IMG/VR virus record: IMGVR_UViG_3300029258_002750
Coordinates: 1 to 64,000 of that record
DNA length: 64,000 nucleotides
Direction: 5' to 3' (one strand)
Position 1 is the first letter of the stretch. Each line of letters begins with the position of its first letter. Shown here in pieces: positions 40,880 through 50,474 of the stretch. Both the position numbers and the translations under genes were made by a program. The notes beneath the pieces were generated by a model. It was not told the origin of the DNA. It saw only the letters and a program-made list of their open reading frames with translations, and searched no databases.

Positions 40880-43639
40880 ATGCCACAGCTCATCAAAGAC
40901 ATCGACACCGGCGACGTAGAGCCGGAGCGCCTCATCGAGGCCGCGCGAGATCGCGGCGCGTTCGTATTCGATTTGGAAACTACCGGATTGGTGCCCAGGC
41001 GGGATCGTATCGAAGGTATCGCCTTCTACGTTCCGCCAGATCCGGTCACCAGGCTCGGGGACGTCGTTCGCGAACCGCAGCCCGAACTTCGAGCCTGGTA
41101 CCCCTTCATCCCTGACTCATTCCGCACCTGGGTTCAGCCGGACGACGGCAGTAAGCCGATCGTCAGGAACCTCCGGCCCGCGATGCCGCAGGCCGAGACG
41201 ATGAACGCGCTCCGGCCGCTGTTCGAGGACAGCCCGGGGACGATCGCGGTCGCCCACAACGCCAAGTTCGACGTGGCGTTCCTCAAGTATGCGAGCGGGT
41301 GCGCTCGAGGCTTCTGGATGGAGCGCTCGGCCGTCGATCAGCTGGGCGACCTGGTGCGCGGCGAGGACGACGACCCGGCCGTGTGGTGGTGCAACGGCCT
41401 GCTCCTCGCCGACTCGATGCTGGCCGACTTCCTCTGCGACGAGAATCTCTACCAGTACGGCCTGAAGCACCGGGTGAAGGACGTGCTCGGCCACGAGATG
41501 ACGACCTACATGGACGTGGCTCGCACCCGCAAGCAGGGCGTGCTGTCGTTCATGGCCGATGACGTCCAGACGCTCGGCTACTACGCGATGGAGGACTGCT
41601 ACTGGACCTGGATGCTGTTCGAGGACCGGATGAGGGAGCTGGACAGCCAGACGCCCGGCACGCCGATTCCCGAGGACGCGGTGGACGCGCTCGCCTGGCT
41701 CTATGAGGAGGGGCTAAAGCTCAGTCCGTTCGACAAGACCCGGGCGATGGGCAACCTCGAGCGGCTCTTCTGGGGAATCGACATGAGGATCTGCCAGATC
41801 CTCGAAGAGATGGAGAGCACCGGCATCCTCATCGACTGGAAGTGGCTCCGGCAGGTCACCAAGGATCTGGAGGAGAAGAAAGAGAAGATCATCCGCCGGA
41901 TCGAGGAGCGCGTCGGCTGGACGCTCAACCCGAACAGCCAGCCGCAGGTCAGCTCGCTGCTCTTTACCGCGAAGGAGCACGGCGGCCTGGGCCTCTCCTC
42001 CAAGGGGATCAAGCGCGGCAAGAGCGGCGCGATCTCGACCGGGTCGAAGGAGATCGGGCACCTCCGCCAGGCTGATCCGGTCGTGGCCGACATCCTCGAC
42101 TGGCGATCGGCCGACACCGTGCGCGCGAACTTCTCCGAGAAGCTCGCTCGGATCGCTCAGGAGGAGCCCGACTGCCGGGTCTACTCTCACTTCAATCAGA
42201 CCGGCACGGTGATCCATAGGCTCAGTTGCGTCTCCGGTTCTACGAAGCTCTCTATTCGCGTAGGAAACGACGATTCCAAGCGTTCAATCAGAATTTCAGA
42301 CATGCAGCCCGCCGATGGGCCGGTATGGATCGAGACGCACAAGGGGCGGGAGCGCCGGATCACGCACCGGATCAACAAAGGTCCGGGCTTCATGTTCGAC
42401 GTGGAGACCGACGATGGTCGAACGATTCGCTGTACCGAGGATCATATCTTTCTCACTGATCGTGCGTGGCTCCCGCTCAAGGACATTCAAGCGACCGACT
42501 CTCTGGTCGGACCTGATCACCAGCTGGCCGCGATTGCTTCCGTTGTTCCGGCAGGCGTAGAGACCGTCTGGGACATCACCGTCGAGGAAGATGCCAGCTA
42601 CGTCGCGCACGGGTTCCTGAACCACAACAGCTCGGATCCCGTCAACCTCCAGAATCAGCCCCGCGACCGCAACCTGATCCGCAAGGCGTTCTGCGCCTAC
42701 TTCGAGGACGAACTGGAGCCGGACATGCTCCTGTTCGGCGCCGACTACGGGCAGGTCGAGCTGCGCGTGGCCGCGCACCTCTCTGGCGACAAGGGCATGA
42801 CGGAGGTCTACCAGACCGGCAAGCCGTGCACGCGCGGGCCTCGCGGGGGCGCCTGCGAGCGCTACAAATGGTGGGAGTGCGAGAACAAGCACGAGGATGG
42901 CTCCTACTGCGGTCACACGTGGATCCCGAAGCAGTGGGATCCGAAGAAGCCCGGCGCTCCTCTCACATGCCCCAAGTGCGGCGGGCCGGAGATCGGCCAC
43001 CAGAAGCGGTGCCGTCACGTGGACCTGCACCAGCGCACGGCCGAGGACGTCGGTGTCCCCCGCAACCCGCTCGCGAAGAATGCGAATTTCGGATTGCTGT
43101 ACCGGATGGCCGCGCCTCGGTTCTGCCAGTACGCGAACCTCTACGACAAGAACGGTGAGCCGAGGATCGACTACGCGCAGGCGCTGATCGATGGGTGGTT
43201 CAACGCCTACCCGGCGATCCAACCGTTCCACGACCGCACCGAGCGCTGGCTGCGGCAGAACGGCTGGTACGCCTGCACATTGACCGGGCGCCGTCGCCGC
43301 CTCGACCGGGAGCGCTGGAAGAACGAGTACCGCGCGGTCACCCAAGGGATCCAGTTCCGCGTCAGCGGCTCGGCACAGGACATCCTCAAGCGCGCGATGG
43401 TGGACATTGCCGAGGAGCGCGAGCGGAAGATCTTCTGGTCCCGGCCTGCCGAGCGGAAGCTCTGGAAGAAGCTCCGCTACATCATCCAGGTGCACGACGA
43501 GGTCATGCTTCAGGGAGCTGCGGCGCTCAAGGACGAAACGATCGAGCTGATCAACGACAAGATGTGCGGCGCGGCCACGCTGAACGTGCCACTGACGGCG
43601 GACTGTAAGGCGGGGAGGACGTGGGATGACATTCACTGA
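40880..43639 (+). CDS. polA: family A DNA polymerase with 3'-5' exonuclease and intein
   Basis: FDLETTGL, AHNAKFD, YAMED; ADYGQVELR (motif A), DLH, AKNANFGLLY (B), IQVHDEV (C). Confidence 0.95.
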   Translation: MPQLIKDIDTGDVEPERLIEAARDRGAFVFDLETTGLVPRRDRIEGIAFYVPPDPVTRLGDVVREPQPELRAWYPFIPDSFRTWVQPDDGSKPIVRNLRPAMPQAETMNALRPLFEDSPGTIAVAHNAKFDVAFLKYASGCARGFWMERSAVDQLGDLVRGEDDDPAVWWCNGLLLADSMLADFLCDENLYQYGLKHRVKDVLGHEMTTYMDVARTRKQGVLSFMADDVQTLGYYAMEDCYWTWMLFEDRMRELDSQTPGTPIPEDAVDALAWLYEEGLKLSPFDKTRAMGNLERLFWGIDMRICQILEEMESTGILIDWKWLRQVTKDLEEKKEKIIRRIEERVGWTLNPNSQPQVSSLLFTAKEHGGLGLSSKGIKRGKSGAISTGSKEIGHLRQADPVVADILDWRSADTVRANFSEKLARIAQEEPDCRVYSHFNQTGTVIHRLSCVSGSTKLSIRVGNDDSKRSIRISDMQPADGPVWIETHKGRERRITHRINKGPGFMFDVETDDGRTIRCTEDHIFLTDRAWLPLKDIQATDSLVGPDHQLAAIASVVPAGVETVWDITVEEDASYVAHGFLNHNSSDPVNLQNQPRDRNLIRKAFCAYFEDELEPDMLLFGADYGQVELRVAAHLSGDKGMTEVYQTGKPCTRGPRGGACERYKWWECENKHEDGSYCGHTWIPKQWDPKKPGAPLTCPKCGGPEIGHQKRCRHVDLHQRTAEDVGVPRNPLAKNANFGLLYRMAAPRFCQYANLYDKNGEPRIDYAQALIDGWFNAYPAIQPFHDRTERWLRQNGWYACTLTGRRRRLDRERWKNEYRAVTQGIQFRVSGSAQDILKRAMVDIAEERERKIFWSRPAERKLWKKLRYIIQVHDEVMLQGAAALKDETIELINDKMCGAATLNVPLTADCKAGRTWDDIH
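42227..42628 (+). mobile_element. mini-intein (134 aa, no endonuclease) in PolA
   Basis: TVIHRLS|CVSGST ... VWDITVEEDASYVAHGFLNHN|SSDPVNLQN; more AT-rich than flanks. Confidence 0.9.
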
Positions 43640-43661
43640 AGTCTTTATGGTGCAGTAGGTT

Positions 43662-45065
43662 ATGCCCAAGCCGACCGAGTATCCGACTGTAGCTCTCACC
43701 AAGCTGAAGCTCGACAAGAAGATCAAGGCGCTCGTGCCCAGGCCATCGAAGGAGGACCGGGCCTCGCTCAAGGCGGGGCTCAGGGCCGAGGGGCAGAAGA
43801 AGCCTGTCTCGGTTCTCCCAGACTGGACCCTGGTGGACGGCTATACGCGCTACGAGCTGCTGAAGAACGACGGCGCCAAGAAGATCAAGTACGAGGTCGT
43901 GGCCAAGCCTCCGACCGAGGCCGATCTGCATCTCTTCGCGATCTCGGTCAACTTGGAGCGGCGCCAGCTCGATGACTTCCAGCGCGGCGAGCTGATCCTC
44001 TCGCGCAAGGAGATCGTCGAGCGGGTCCAGGCCCAGGCCGAGAAGGCGAGGACAGCTGGACGGCGCAGGGGCGGCGCGGCTGGCAGGGGCAAGCCGAAGC
44101 CGAGGAAGAGCAAGGAGGACTCGGGGGACACTCGTCCCCCAAGCACTCGTAGGGAGAAGGATCGCGGCCCGCGTTCGCGCGATCTCCTCGCCAAGGCCGG
44201 GGGCCTTCGGTCCGGCCGCCAGCTCGAGAAGATCGCCAAGATCAAGGACGTCGGTACGTCCGAGCAGCAGGCGCGGGTCCGAGAGAAGAAGGCCACCATC
44301 AACCAGGTCTACAACGAGATCCGCAAGGCAGAGAAGGCTGAGGAGGCGGCGAAGAAGGCGGCCAAGATCAAGCCCGAGGAACTGGGCGGCAAGGTCGTCC
44401 ATGCCGATGCGTTCGAGATGGAGGTCGAGAACCCTGGCACCGTGGACCTGGTCATTGTCGACCCGCCCTACGGGATCGCGCACGAGGCTAAGGGCATCAA
44501 GCAGGCCGGGGCGATGGTCTCGGTCTCCGAGGCCCTCGTCGAGTGGGGTCTGGAGGACGGCATCGCGATGATGGCCGACAGCCTAGCGCTGATCGACAAG
44601 CTCCTCCGGGCGGGCGGCTCCTACTACCTCTTCCTCGACCGCCTCCTGGTGACGCTCGCCTGGGAGCAGTCCATTCGGCTCGGGCTCAAGCCGCGCAACA
44701 CCGTCTACTGGGGGAAGACGAATCCTACACCGAGCGGCCGGGGCAACTGGTCCTCCGCTGTCGAGGCCATGATCTACGGCGTGAAGCCTGGGAAGAAGCA
44801 CACCTGGAACCTGCCCGGCGATGCGCCAAACCTCATCATGACGCCGGTTGTCGCAGGCAAGGAGCGCACCGACCACCGGACGCAGAAGCCCGAGGCCCTC
44901 TACCAGAAGCTCATGGAGGCCAGCTCCAATCCCGGCGACCTGGTCTGTGACTTCATGGCCGGGTCTGGGACATGCGGCGCAGTTGCGAGGAGGCTCAAGC
45001 GGCGCTTCATCCTGGTGGAGAAGCTCAAGAAGAACGTCAACCTCATCAAGGCGAGGTTGGCCTGA
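43662..45065 (+). CDS. ParB-like domain fused to DNA methyltransferase (DPPY)
   Basis: LVDGYTRY, NLERRQL; IVDPPY, HRTQKPE, DFMAGSGT. Confidence 0.85.
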   Translation: MPKPTEYPTVALTKLKLDKKIKALVPRPSKEDRASLKAGLRAEGQKKPVSVLPDWTLVDGYTRYELLKNDGAKKIKYEVVAKPPTEADLHLFAISVNLERRQLDDFQRGELILSRKEIVERVQAQAEKARTAGRRRGGAAGRGKPKPRKSKEDSGDTRPPSTRREKDRGPRSRDLLAKAGGLRSGRQLEKIAKIKDVGTSEQQARVREKKATINQVYNEIRKAEKAEEAAKKAAKIKPEELGGKVVHADAFEMEVENPGTVDLVIVDPPYGIAHEAKGIKQAGAMVSVSEALVEWGLEDGIAMMADSLALIDKLLRAGGSYYLFLDRLLVTLAWEQSIRLGLKPRNTVYWGKTNPTPSGRGNWSSAVEAMIYGVKPGKKHTWNLPGDAPNLIMTPVVAGKERTDHRTQKPEALYQKLMEASSNPGDLVCDFMAGSGTCGAVARRLKRRFILVEKLKKNVNLIKARLA

Positions 45066-45111
45066 TGATTCACACGTCCAAAGCCCAGGCGAAAAGCAAG
45101 GAGGTGAGGCA

Positions 45112-45297
45112 ATGGCGGGTGGTGCGTACGGTGTTCGCGCGAGCGAACGCGAGATCGGGAGGATCATGAGGCTCCACGACGAGGGGCTGAACTACGAGCA
45201 GATTGCTCGTCGGTTCAACCTGACCGCGCGAACGATCTCTAGGATCGTCAAGCGCGAGAAGGCGAAGCGCGGGCGGGGAGAGAAACAGCTCGCGTGA
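45112..45297 (+). CDS. small HTH protein
   Basis: GLNYEQIARRFNLTARTISRIV; GGAGGTGAGG SD. Confidence 0.7.
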   Translation: MAGGAYGVRASEREIGRIMRLHDEGLNYEQIARRFNLTARTISRIVKREKAKRGRGEKQLA

Positions 45298-45521
45298 TCA
45301 GAGCGACGTGTCAATTCTGTAGGAGGCCGGTCTTCGTGGACGAGAGGGTACGGGCGACGATGGAGTTGCACAAGAACGCGAAGGGCGTGACGTGCGAGGG
45401 GTCAGGTCGCCGGATTGACCGGAGCCTGATCCCCTCCTGGCACCCGATGCACGTATGTGGGATGTTCTGCGATGGCCAAAGACGCACACGCGGCTGCTGC
45501 TCGACCTGCCCGGCGATCTGA
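45294..45521 (+). CDS. small Cys/His-rich protein
   Basis: CQFC...H...C.GSG pattern; GTGA-coupled. Confidence 0.5.
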   Translation: MIRATCQFCRRPVFVDERVRATMELHKNAKGVTCEGSGRRIDRSLIPSWHPMHVCGMFCDGQRRTRGCCSTCPAI

Positions 45522-46072
45522 AGACTGACATCCTGACCGACACGGACCTGCTCTACTACAGTCTCTACGCGTGGGAGAAGCAGACCACTGAGAAGATGTT
45601 CGGCAGCTATCCCTTCCCGCCGAACCTCTACGAACGGAACTACGTCGAGTTCATCCTCGTGTTCGTCAAGCCCGGCAAGCCTCCCAAGTACGACTCGGCG
45701 ATCAAGGAAGCGTCGAAGCTCACGTCCGAGGAGTGGATGGAGTTGACCAAGCAGATCTGGTGGATCTACCCGGCCAACGTGGCCAGGAAAACAGGGCACC
45801 CGGCGCCGTTCCCCGAGGCACTGCCCAACCGGCTGATCAGCATGTACACCTTCGCGCAGACGGACGGGCACCCCGGCGACATCGTCCTCGATCCGTTCGC
45901 TGGCTGGGGGACGACCTGCGTCGCGGCCAAGCGGACCGGCCGGAGGTTCATCGGCATCGATGGTTCGCCGTCGTTCTGTCGAGAGGCGAACCACCTGCTG
46001 GCGGAAACACCGGTGACCGGCCCACGGGTCATGCCAGCCACGCAGCCCTCCAAAGGCGGCCTGGTAGAGTAG
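45455..46072 (+). pseudogene. C-terminal half of a beta-class DNA methyltransferase lacking its N-terminal catalytic motif
   Basis: GSYPFPPN...EFILVF, HPAPFPEALP, VLDPFAGWGTT present; no (S/D)PPY upstream in frame. Confidence 0.6.
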
Positions 46073-46076
46073 GAGT

Positions 46077-46412
46077 ATGACGAATCCGGCTCACGTGCTG
46101 TGGCCGCCGCCAGGCTACTTCTGGTCCAAGAACCCGACCGTCACGACGCGGGACAAGACCGTCGTGATCTACCCGCTCGACGACGACGTTGTGGTAGGCG
46201 GCACGCAGCGCTACCAGCTCCCCGACGCGCCGGTCGAGCCGGGTTCCGTCTTCGTGGACGGCTACCTGTGGTCCCAGCCCACCGGAGAGCTGATCGCGCC
46301 CGATGGGACGCTCGCAGGCGAAGTGGACTTCATCACGGGTCTGCTCTCGATCGACACGACCGTGAGTTCAGGCATCACGTCGCGCCGCGCGCAGTATGTC
46401 GTCGCGGCTTGA
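46077..46412 (+). CDS. hypothetical beta-rich protein
   Basis: PVEPGSV ... GEVDFITG pattern, AGGAG SD. Confidence 0.6.
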   Translation: MTNPAHVLWPPPGYFWSKNPTVTTRDKTVVIYPLDDDVVVGGTQRYQLPDAPVEPGSVFVDGYLWSQPTGELIAPDGTLAGEVDFITGLLSIDTTVSSGITSRRAQYVVAA

Positions 46413-46623
46413 GGTGACCGGCGAGTTCCACCAGGTCGACAGGCCGAACGGGCCGATCTCTAAGCACTACAACGAGGCGATGGAGCCGCTCCGCGTGTTG
46501 TTGAGAGAGCCCTCCGCCGTCGAGCGGCTGGCCGCACTGGAGGATCCCGAGATCGCTGCGCGGGTAGCGAGGTGTGATCGGTTCCGTTCTTACTACGGGA
46601 CGGTCGAGAGCACGAACCTCTAG
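46396..46623 (+). CDS. hypothetical protein with SAVERLAALEDPE tag
   Basis: 75 aa. Confidence 0.6.
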   Translation: MSSRLEVTGEFHQVDRPNGPISKHYNEAMEPLRVLLREPSAVERLAALEDPEIAARVARCDRFRSYYGTVESTNL

Positions 46624-46656
46624 GGTAGAACGATAGCGTCCGAGAGAGGTCGGCCG

Positions 46657-47481
46657 GTGTTCTACTACTACGGGGCGAAGAACCGCTACGCCAAGCGCTA
46701 TCCGGCTCCGCAGCACTCGCTGATCGTGGAGCCGTTCGCGGGCTCTGCCGGATACGCCATGCGTCACCTGGAGCAGGATGGTGGCCTGCGCGCGGTGCTG
46801 GTCGAGAAGGACCCGCGCGTCGCCGAGCTGTGGCGGCGGCTGCTGGGGATGTCCCCCGAGGAGGTCGAGAGCTACCCGCTACCGGACGTCGGTGATCGGA
46901 CCACGGACTACTTCATCATGTGCTCGGCCGCGAGCAACGCTCTGGCGAAGTGCAAGACGTTCAAGGTGACCGAGCGTGCCGCGACTGAGTTCCGCAGGAT
47001 GCGGCGGCGGGTGGCGAGGATCCTGCGAGCTGTACGCGGCCGGGTCGAGGTCATCGAGGGTGACTACACGCGGGCGCCGAACGATGAGGCGACATGGTTC
47101 ATCGATCCGCCCTACCAGGTGCCAGCTGACTCCGCGTCTCGCGCGGCGAACCCGGCGGGCATGGGATACGCGCGCGGTTGTGACGCCTCGTCGATGGACT
47201 ACAGGCGGCTCGCGCGCTGGTGTCGGTCTCGCCGGGGCCAGGTGATCGTGTGCGAGTACGCTTCGGCAACCTGGCTACCGTTCCGACCGCTGGTGAATGC
47301 GCAGAACGCCTCCGGCAAGAAGCACCTGGAGGGGGTGTGGGAAGCGAGCGAGCGGTGTCCAGGGTGCGCTGCGCTCATGCGCCTCAACGGGTCGTCGTGG
47401 GAGTGCTCTTGCGGCTCGCGCGTGCGGTACCTGCCACTGAACGAGGAGACATGCAAGCTCATTACCCGCAATCGATCGTGA
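46657..47481 (+). CDS. Dam-like (D12 class) adenine methyltransferase
   Basis: FYYYGAK, VEPFAGSA, FIDPPY; upstream GGGTAGAAC (46623-46631). Confidence 0.85.
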   Translation: MFYYYGAKNRYAKRYPAPQHSLIVEPFAGSAGYAMRHLEQDGGLRAVLVEKDPRVAELWRRLLGMSPEEVESYPLPDVGDRTTDYFIMCSAASNALAKCKTFKVTERAATEFRRMRRRVARILRAVRGRVEVIEGDYTRAPNDEATWFIDPPYQVPADSASRAANPAGMGYARGCDASSMDYRRLARWCRSRRGQVIVCEYASATWLPFRPLVNAQNASGKKHLEGVWEASERCPGCAALMRLNGSSWECSCGSRVRYLPLNEETCKLITRNRS

Positions 47482-48113
47482 GCGGGGGTCAGACGGGGGC
47501 CGATCGTGGTGGCCTGATCGCTGCCGCGATCCTCGGCTACCTCCACGGTGGCTACTGTACCGACGACCGGAAAGCCGAGGACGGCAAGATCCCCGACTGC
47601 TACCCGATGACGCCGTGCGGGTCGGGCCTCTACCCGGACCGGACGCGCATGAACGTCGAGTGCTCTGACGCGACGATCGTGTTCACGCGGGAGGAGCACG
47701 CGAGCGGGGGGTCGGCGCTGACCCTGAAGCTCGCGAAGCAGTATCACCGCCCGGCGATGCACGTCTGGCTAGAGCCGGACCGCCCGAAGGAGTCCAACGC
47801 CCAGGTCGCGAAGGCGATCCGCGCCTGGCTGGCCCAGGTCCGGCCCCGGGACCTGAACGTCGCTGGCCAGCGCGAGAGCAAGGCGCCTGGGATCCAAGAT
47901 CAGGTCGCAGAGGTGATGCTCCTGGCCCTCCAGAGCCCCTCTCGCTGCGTCTGCGGGCGTGAAATCCCGGATTCGATCTGGGAGTCGGCCCGAGCCCAGG
48001 ACAAGCCTCTCGTGTGCTCCCAGTGCGACCACACGACGTGGTGGAACGACTTCGACCCGGGTGACGTAAGTCTTGAAGAATCGGTGACACCCTCTGTCGA
48101 TCCAAGAGGGTAG
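47451..48113 (+). CDS. SLOG-family (MoCo-carrier-like) protein
   Basis: IVSGGQTGADRGG, Y..RT..NV..SDAT, GGSALT, LNVAGQRES. Confidence 0.8.
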   Translation: MQAHYPQSIVSGGQTGADRGGLIAAAILGYLHGGYCTDDRKAEDGKIPDCYPMTPCGSGLYPDRTRMNVECSDATIVFTREEHASGGSALTLKLAKQYHRPAMHVWLEPDRPKESNAQVAKAIRAWLAQVRPRDLNVAGQRESKAPGIQDQVAEVMLLALQSPSRCVCGREIPDSIWESARAQDKPLVCSQCDHTTWWNDFDPGDVSLEESVTPSVDPRG

Positions 48114-48122
48114 AACGGGGGT

Positions 48123-49613
48123 ATGAGTTCCGCATCTCTTGAGGAGACACTGCCTGCCGCCATCATTCGGGGTGAACTAGGTATTCGTCTCGACGAGCTG
48201 GATGATGACCAGCGGGAGTTCCTCGAGCAGCAACTCACCCTGGTCTCGCGGCCTTGGGGGGACAACCCGCCCAGGACGGTCCGCTGCTACCGGGAGGAGG
48301 ACGGCTACCTCTGGATCCCACGCCACTTCGAGCCGATGTCGATGTGGCAGCTGGTCGAGGAGTGGGCGTGGACCACCGGCCGCCGCTACCAGTTCCGGGT
48401 CAAGGCGACGCTCGATCCCGAGCGCGGCCAGGTCAAGGCCGTACCAGCAATGATCGAGTACCTCAAGCGCCACGGCGCAGGCGTGCTCTGCTCGGGCACG
48501 GGTACCGGGAAGACGGTGTCGGGGCTGGTCATCGGCGCCCAGTTCGAGAGCTTCATCGGTATTCCGGTCTACAACGGACACATGGTCGATCACTGGACCG
48601 AGGACGCGATGAAGGTGCTCGGTCTCTCCGAGGATGACATCGGGATCGTGCAGAGCGACCGATGCGATCTGGGCAGGCCGGTCACGATCATGATGATCCA
48701 GAGCCTCCTCGCTCGCAGGTACCCGGACGAGCTGTACGAGCAGATCGGGTTCCTGATCGGCGACGAGACGCCGCACTTCGGCGCCCCGGAGTGGAAGGAC
48801 ACGGTGGGGCTGTTCCCGGCCCGATACCGACTCGGGCTTACCGCCAATCCGACCAGAAAGGACGGGCTCGACCAGATCATCAACTGGACGTTCGGCGAGG
48901 TCGGCTACACCGCCAAGCGCATCCGTACGGGGGCTGTCCAGGCCCCAACGGTAACGGCGATCTTCTGGAAGAAGACCTACCCGTGGGGCTCCTACTGCAA
49001 GTGGGAGAAGGACTCGTCCGGCCAGTGGGAGATGGGCGATGAGGGGCACCCGTCCAAGTACGACAACGTGCTCGCTGGCGACGAGGACCGTACCGACATG
49101 CTCGTCGAGGAGATCAAGAACGCGGCCGTCAAGCAGCGGTCGATTCTGGTGTTCTCCTCCCGTGTCGACCACCTGGTGGAGATGCGAGAGAAGCTCTCCC
49201 GGCTCCTCGATCCTCTAACAGCGATCGAGCGCCTGGCGCGGCTTCGCGCACCGCCGCCGAACATGCCAGTGACCGGCCACCTGAAGAGGGGGCTGAAGGT
49301 GAACCAGCGCGCGTGGGTGCTCAAGGCGGACATCATCTTCGCGACCTTCGCGATGGCGCGAGACGCCTTCGACGCGCCCAAGCTCGATACCGAGTTCTTC
49401 GGGACGCCGCCGGGCGATCCCGAGCAGCCAGCTGGTCGGTTGCGCGAGAAGGCCGAAGGGCACGACCGCAAGCCGCTGATGATTGTCGAGGTCTACGAGG
49501 ACACGCCGTATGGGCGCGACAAGTGGTGCAAGCGGCGAGACTGGTTCAGGAGGCGAGGGTTCAAGGTTCAGGAAGTTACCCGGGTTCCTCCCCGGGGCAA
49601 GGGGCGCAAGTGA
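48123..49613 (+). CDS. superfamily II helicase; leaderless
   Basis: GTGTGKT, IGDETPH, GLTANP.RKDG, LVFSSRVDH; GGGTAGAAC-N6-ATG. Confidence 0.85.
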   Translation: MSSASLEETLPAAIIRGELGIRLDELDDDQREFLEQQLTLVSRPWGDNPPRTVRCYREEDGYLWIPRHFEPMSMWQLVEEWAWTTGRRYQFRVKATLDPERGQVKAVPAMIEYLKRHGAGVLCSGTGTGKTVSGLVIGAQFESFIGIPVYNGHMVDHWTEDAMKVLGLSEDDIGIVQSDRCDLGRPVTIMMIQSLLARRYPDELYEQIGFLIGDETPHFGAPEWKDTVGLFPARYRLGLTANPTRKDGLDQIINWTFGEVGYTAKRIRTGAVQAPTVTAIFWKKTYPWGSYCKWEKDSSGQWEMGDEGHPSKYDNVLAGDEDRTDMLVEEIKNAAVKQRSILVFSSRVDHLVEMREKLSRLLDPLTAIERLARLRAPPPNMPVTGHLKRGLKVNQRAWVLKADIIFATFAMARDAFDAPKLDTEFFGTPPGDPEQPAGRLREKAEGHDRKPLMIVEVYEDTPYGRDKWCKRRDWFRRRGFKVQEVTRVPPRGKGRK

Positions 49614-50128
49614 CCGGCGGTACCGGCGGCGACTGGGCGCAGTTCATCAGCTACGACTCGGCTGAGGAGCGACAACGGGCGCTCGCGCGAAAGCGCAGGC
49701 GTTACCGGACCGACGATGCTTATCGCAAGGCGAAGCAGGCTGCGTCGCGGGCGCGCTACAAGCCGAAGGGCCGGAAGAAGCGGAGCGGCCGGGGGCGAAA
49801 CAAGCCGCGCCCGTACCCCTACCAGGGTCGGGTGATCCTCCTCGTTGGGCTGGGCCAGTTTTCCGACGAGACGGGCGTCAGCAAGGCGACCCTGCGGCGC
49901 TACGAGGACAAGGGGATTATCCCCATCAACCGGATCATCGACGAGCGCGGGCGGCGCTGGTACCCGAAGGAGTTCGTAAACTGGCTCGCGCCGCTCTTGA
50001 TCGGCCAATCCCAGAAGAGGGAACCGCACTGGAGTCTGAAGGCCCGGGTAGAACGGGAGTGGGGAAAGGCGCTCGCCGAGGGTATGCCCGTCCTGAAGGA
50101 GGAACAAGATGGCCGAGACGACGACTGA
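49610..50128 (+). CDS. MerR-like HTH protein with basic N-terminus
   Basis: LGQFSDETGVSKATLRRYEDKGII...RRWY. Confidence 0.7.
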   Translation: MTGGTGGDWAQFISYDSAEERQRALARKRRRYRTDDAYRKAKQAASRARYKPKGRKKRSGRGRNKPRPYPYQGRVILLVGLGQFSDETGVSKATLRRYEDKGIIPINRIIDERGRRWYPKEFVNWLAPLLIGQSQKREPHWSLKARVEREWGKALAEGMPVLKEEQDGRDDD

Positions 50129-50474
50129 ACCTGTTGCCCCCTCGATTGTTGCAGCGACCACGATCACGGTCCTGCGCACTGTCAAGGTGGGGACCGACGA
50201 CTCGGACGGCGAGTCCGAGCTGACCGAGACCCTCGAGGTCCACAAGTTCGCCGTGCAGCCCGCCATCGCCAAGGCCGGGCTGTCCGTGCGGAAGAGCAAG
50301 CAGACCGTGCGCGGCGACTGGGTTGCCGGTGAGGTCACGCTCGGCGTCGACCGTCCCTGCTACATGGAGGAGCTTCCCCAGGGAGCCGAGGTCGCCTACG
50401 ATCTGGTCAAGGAGCGGATGCAGGTCGAGCTGCCGAAGATGCTCGCGGCGCTGGATCAGCTGGCCAAGTCCTGA
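50109..50474 (+). CDS. hypothetical protein
   Basis: 121 aa, GGAGGAA SD. Confidence 0.65.
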   Translation: MAETTTEPVAPSIVAATTITVLRTVKVGTDDSDGESELTETLEVHKFAVQPAIAKAGLSVRKSKQTVRGDWVAGEVTLGVDRPCYMEELPQGAEVAYDLVKERMQVELPKMLAALDQLAKS

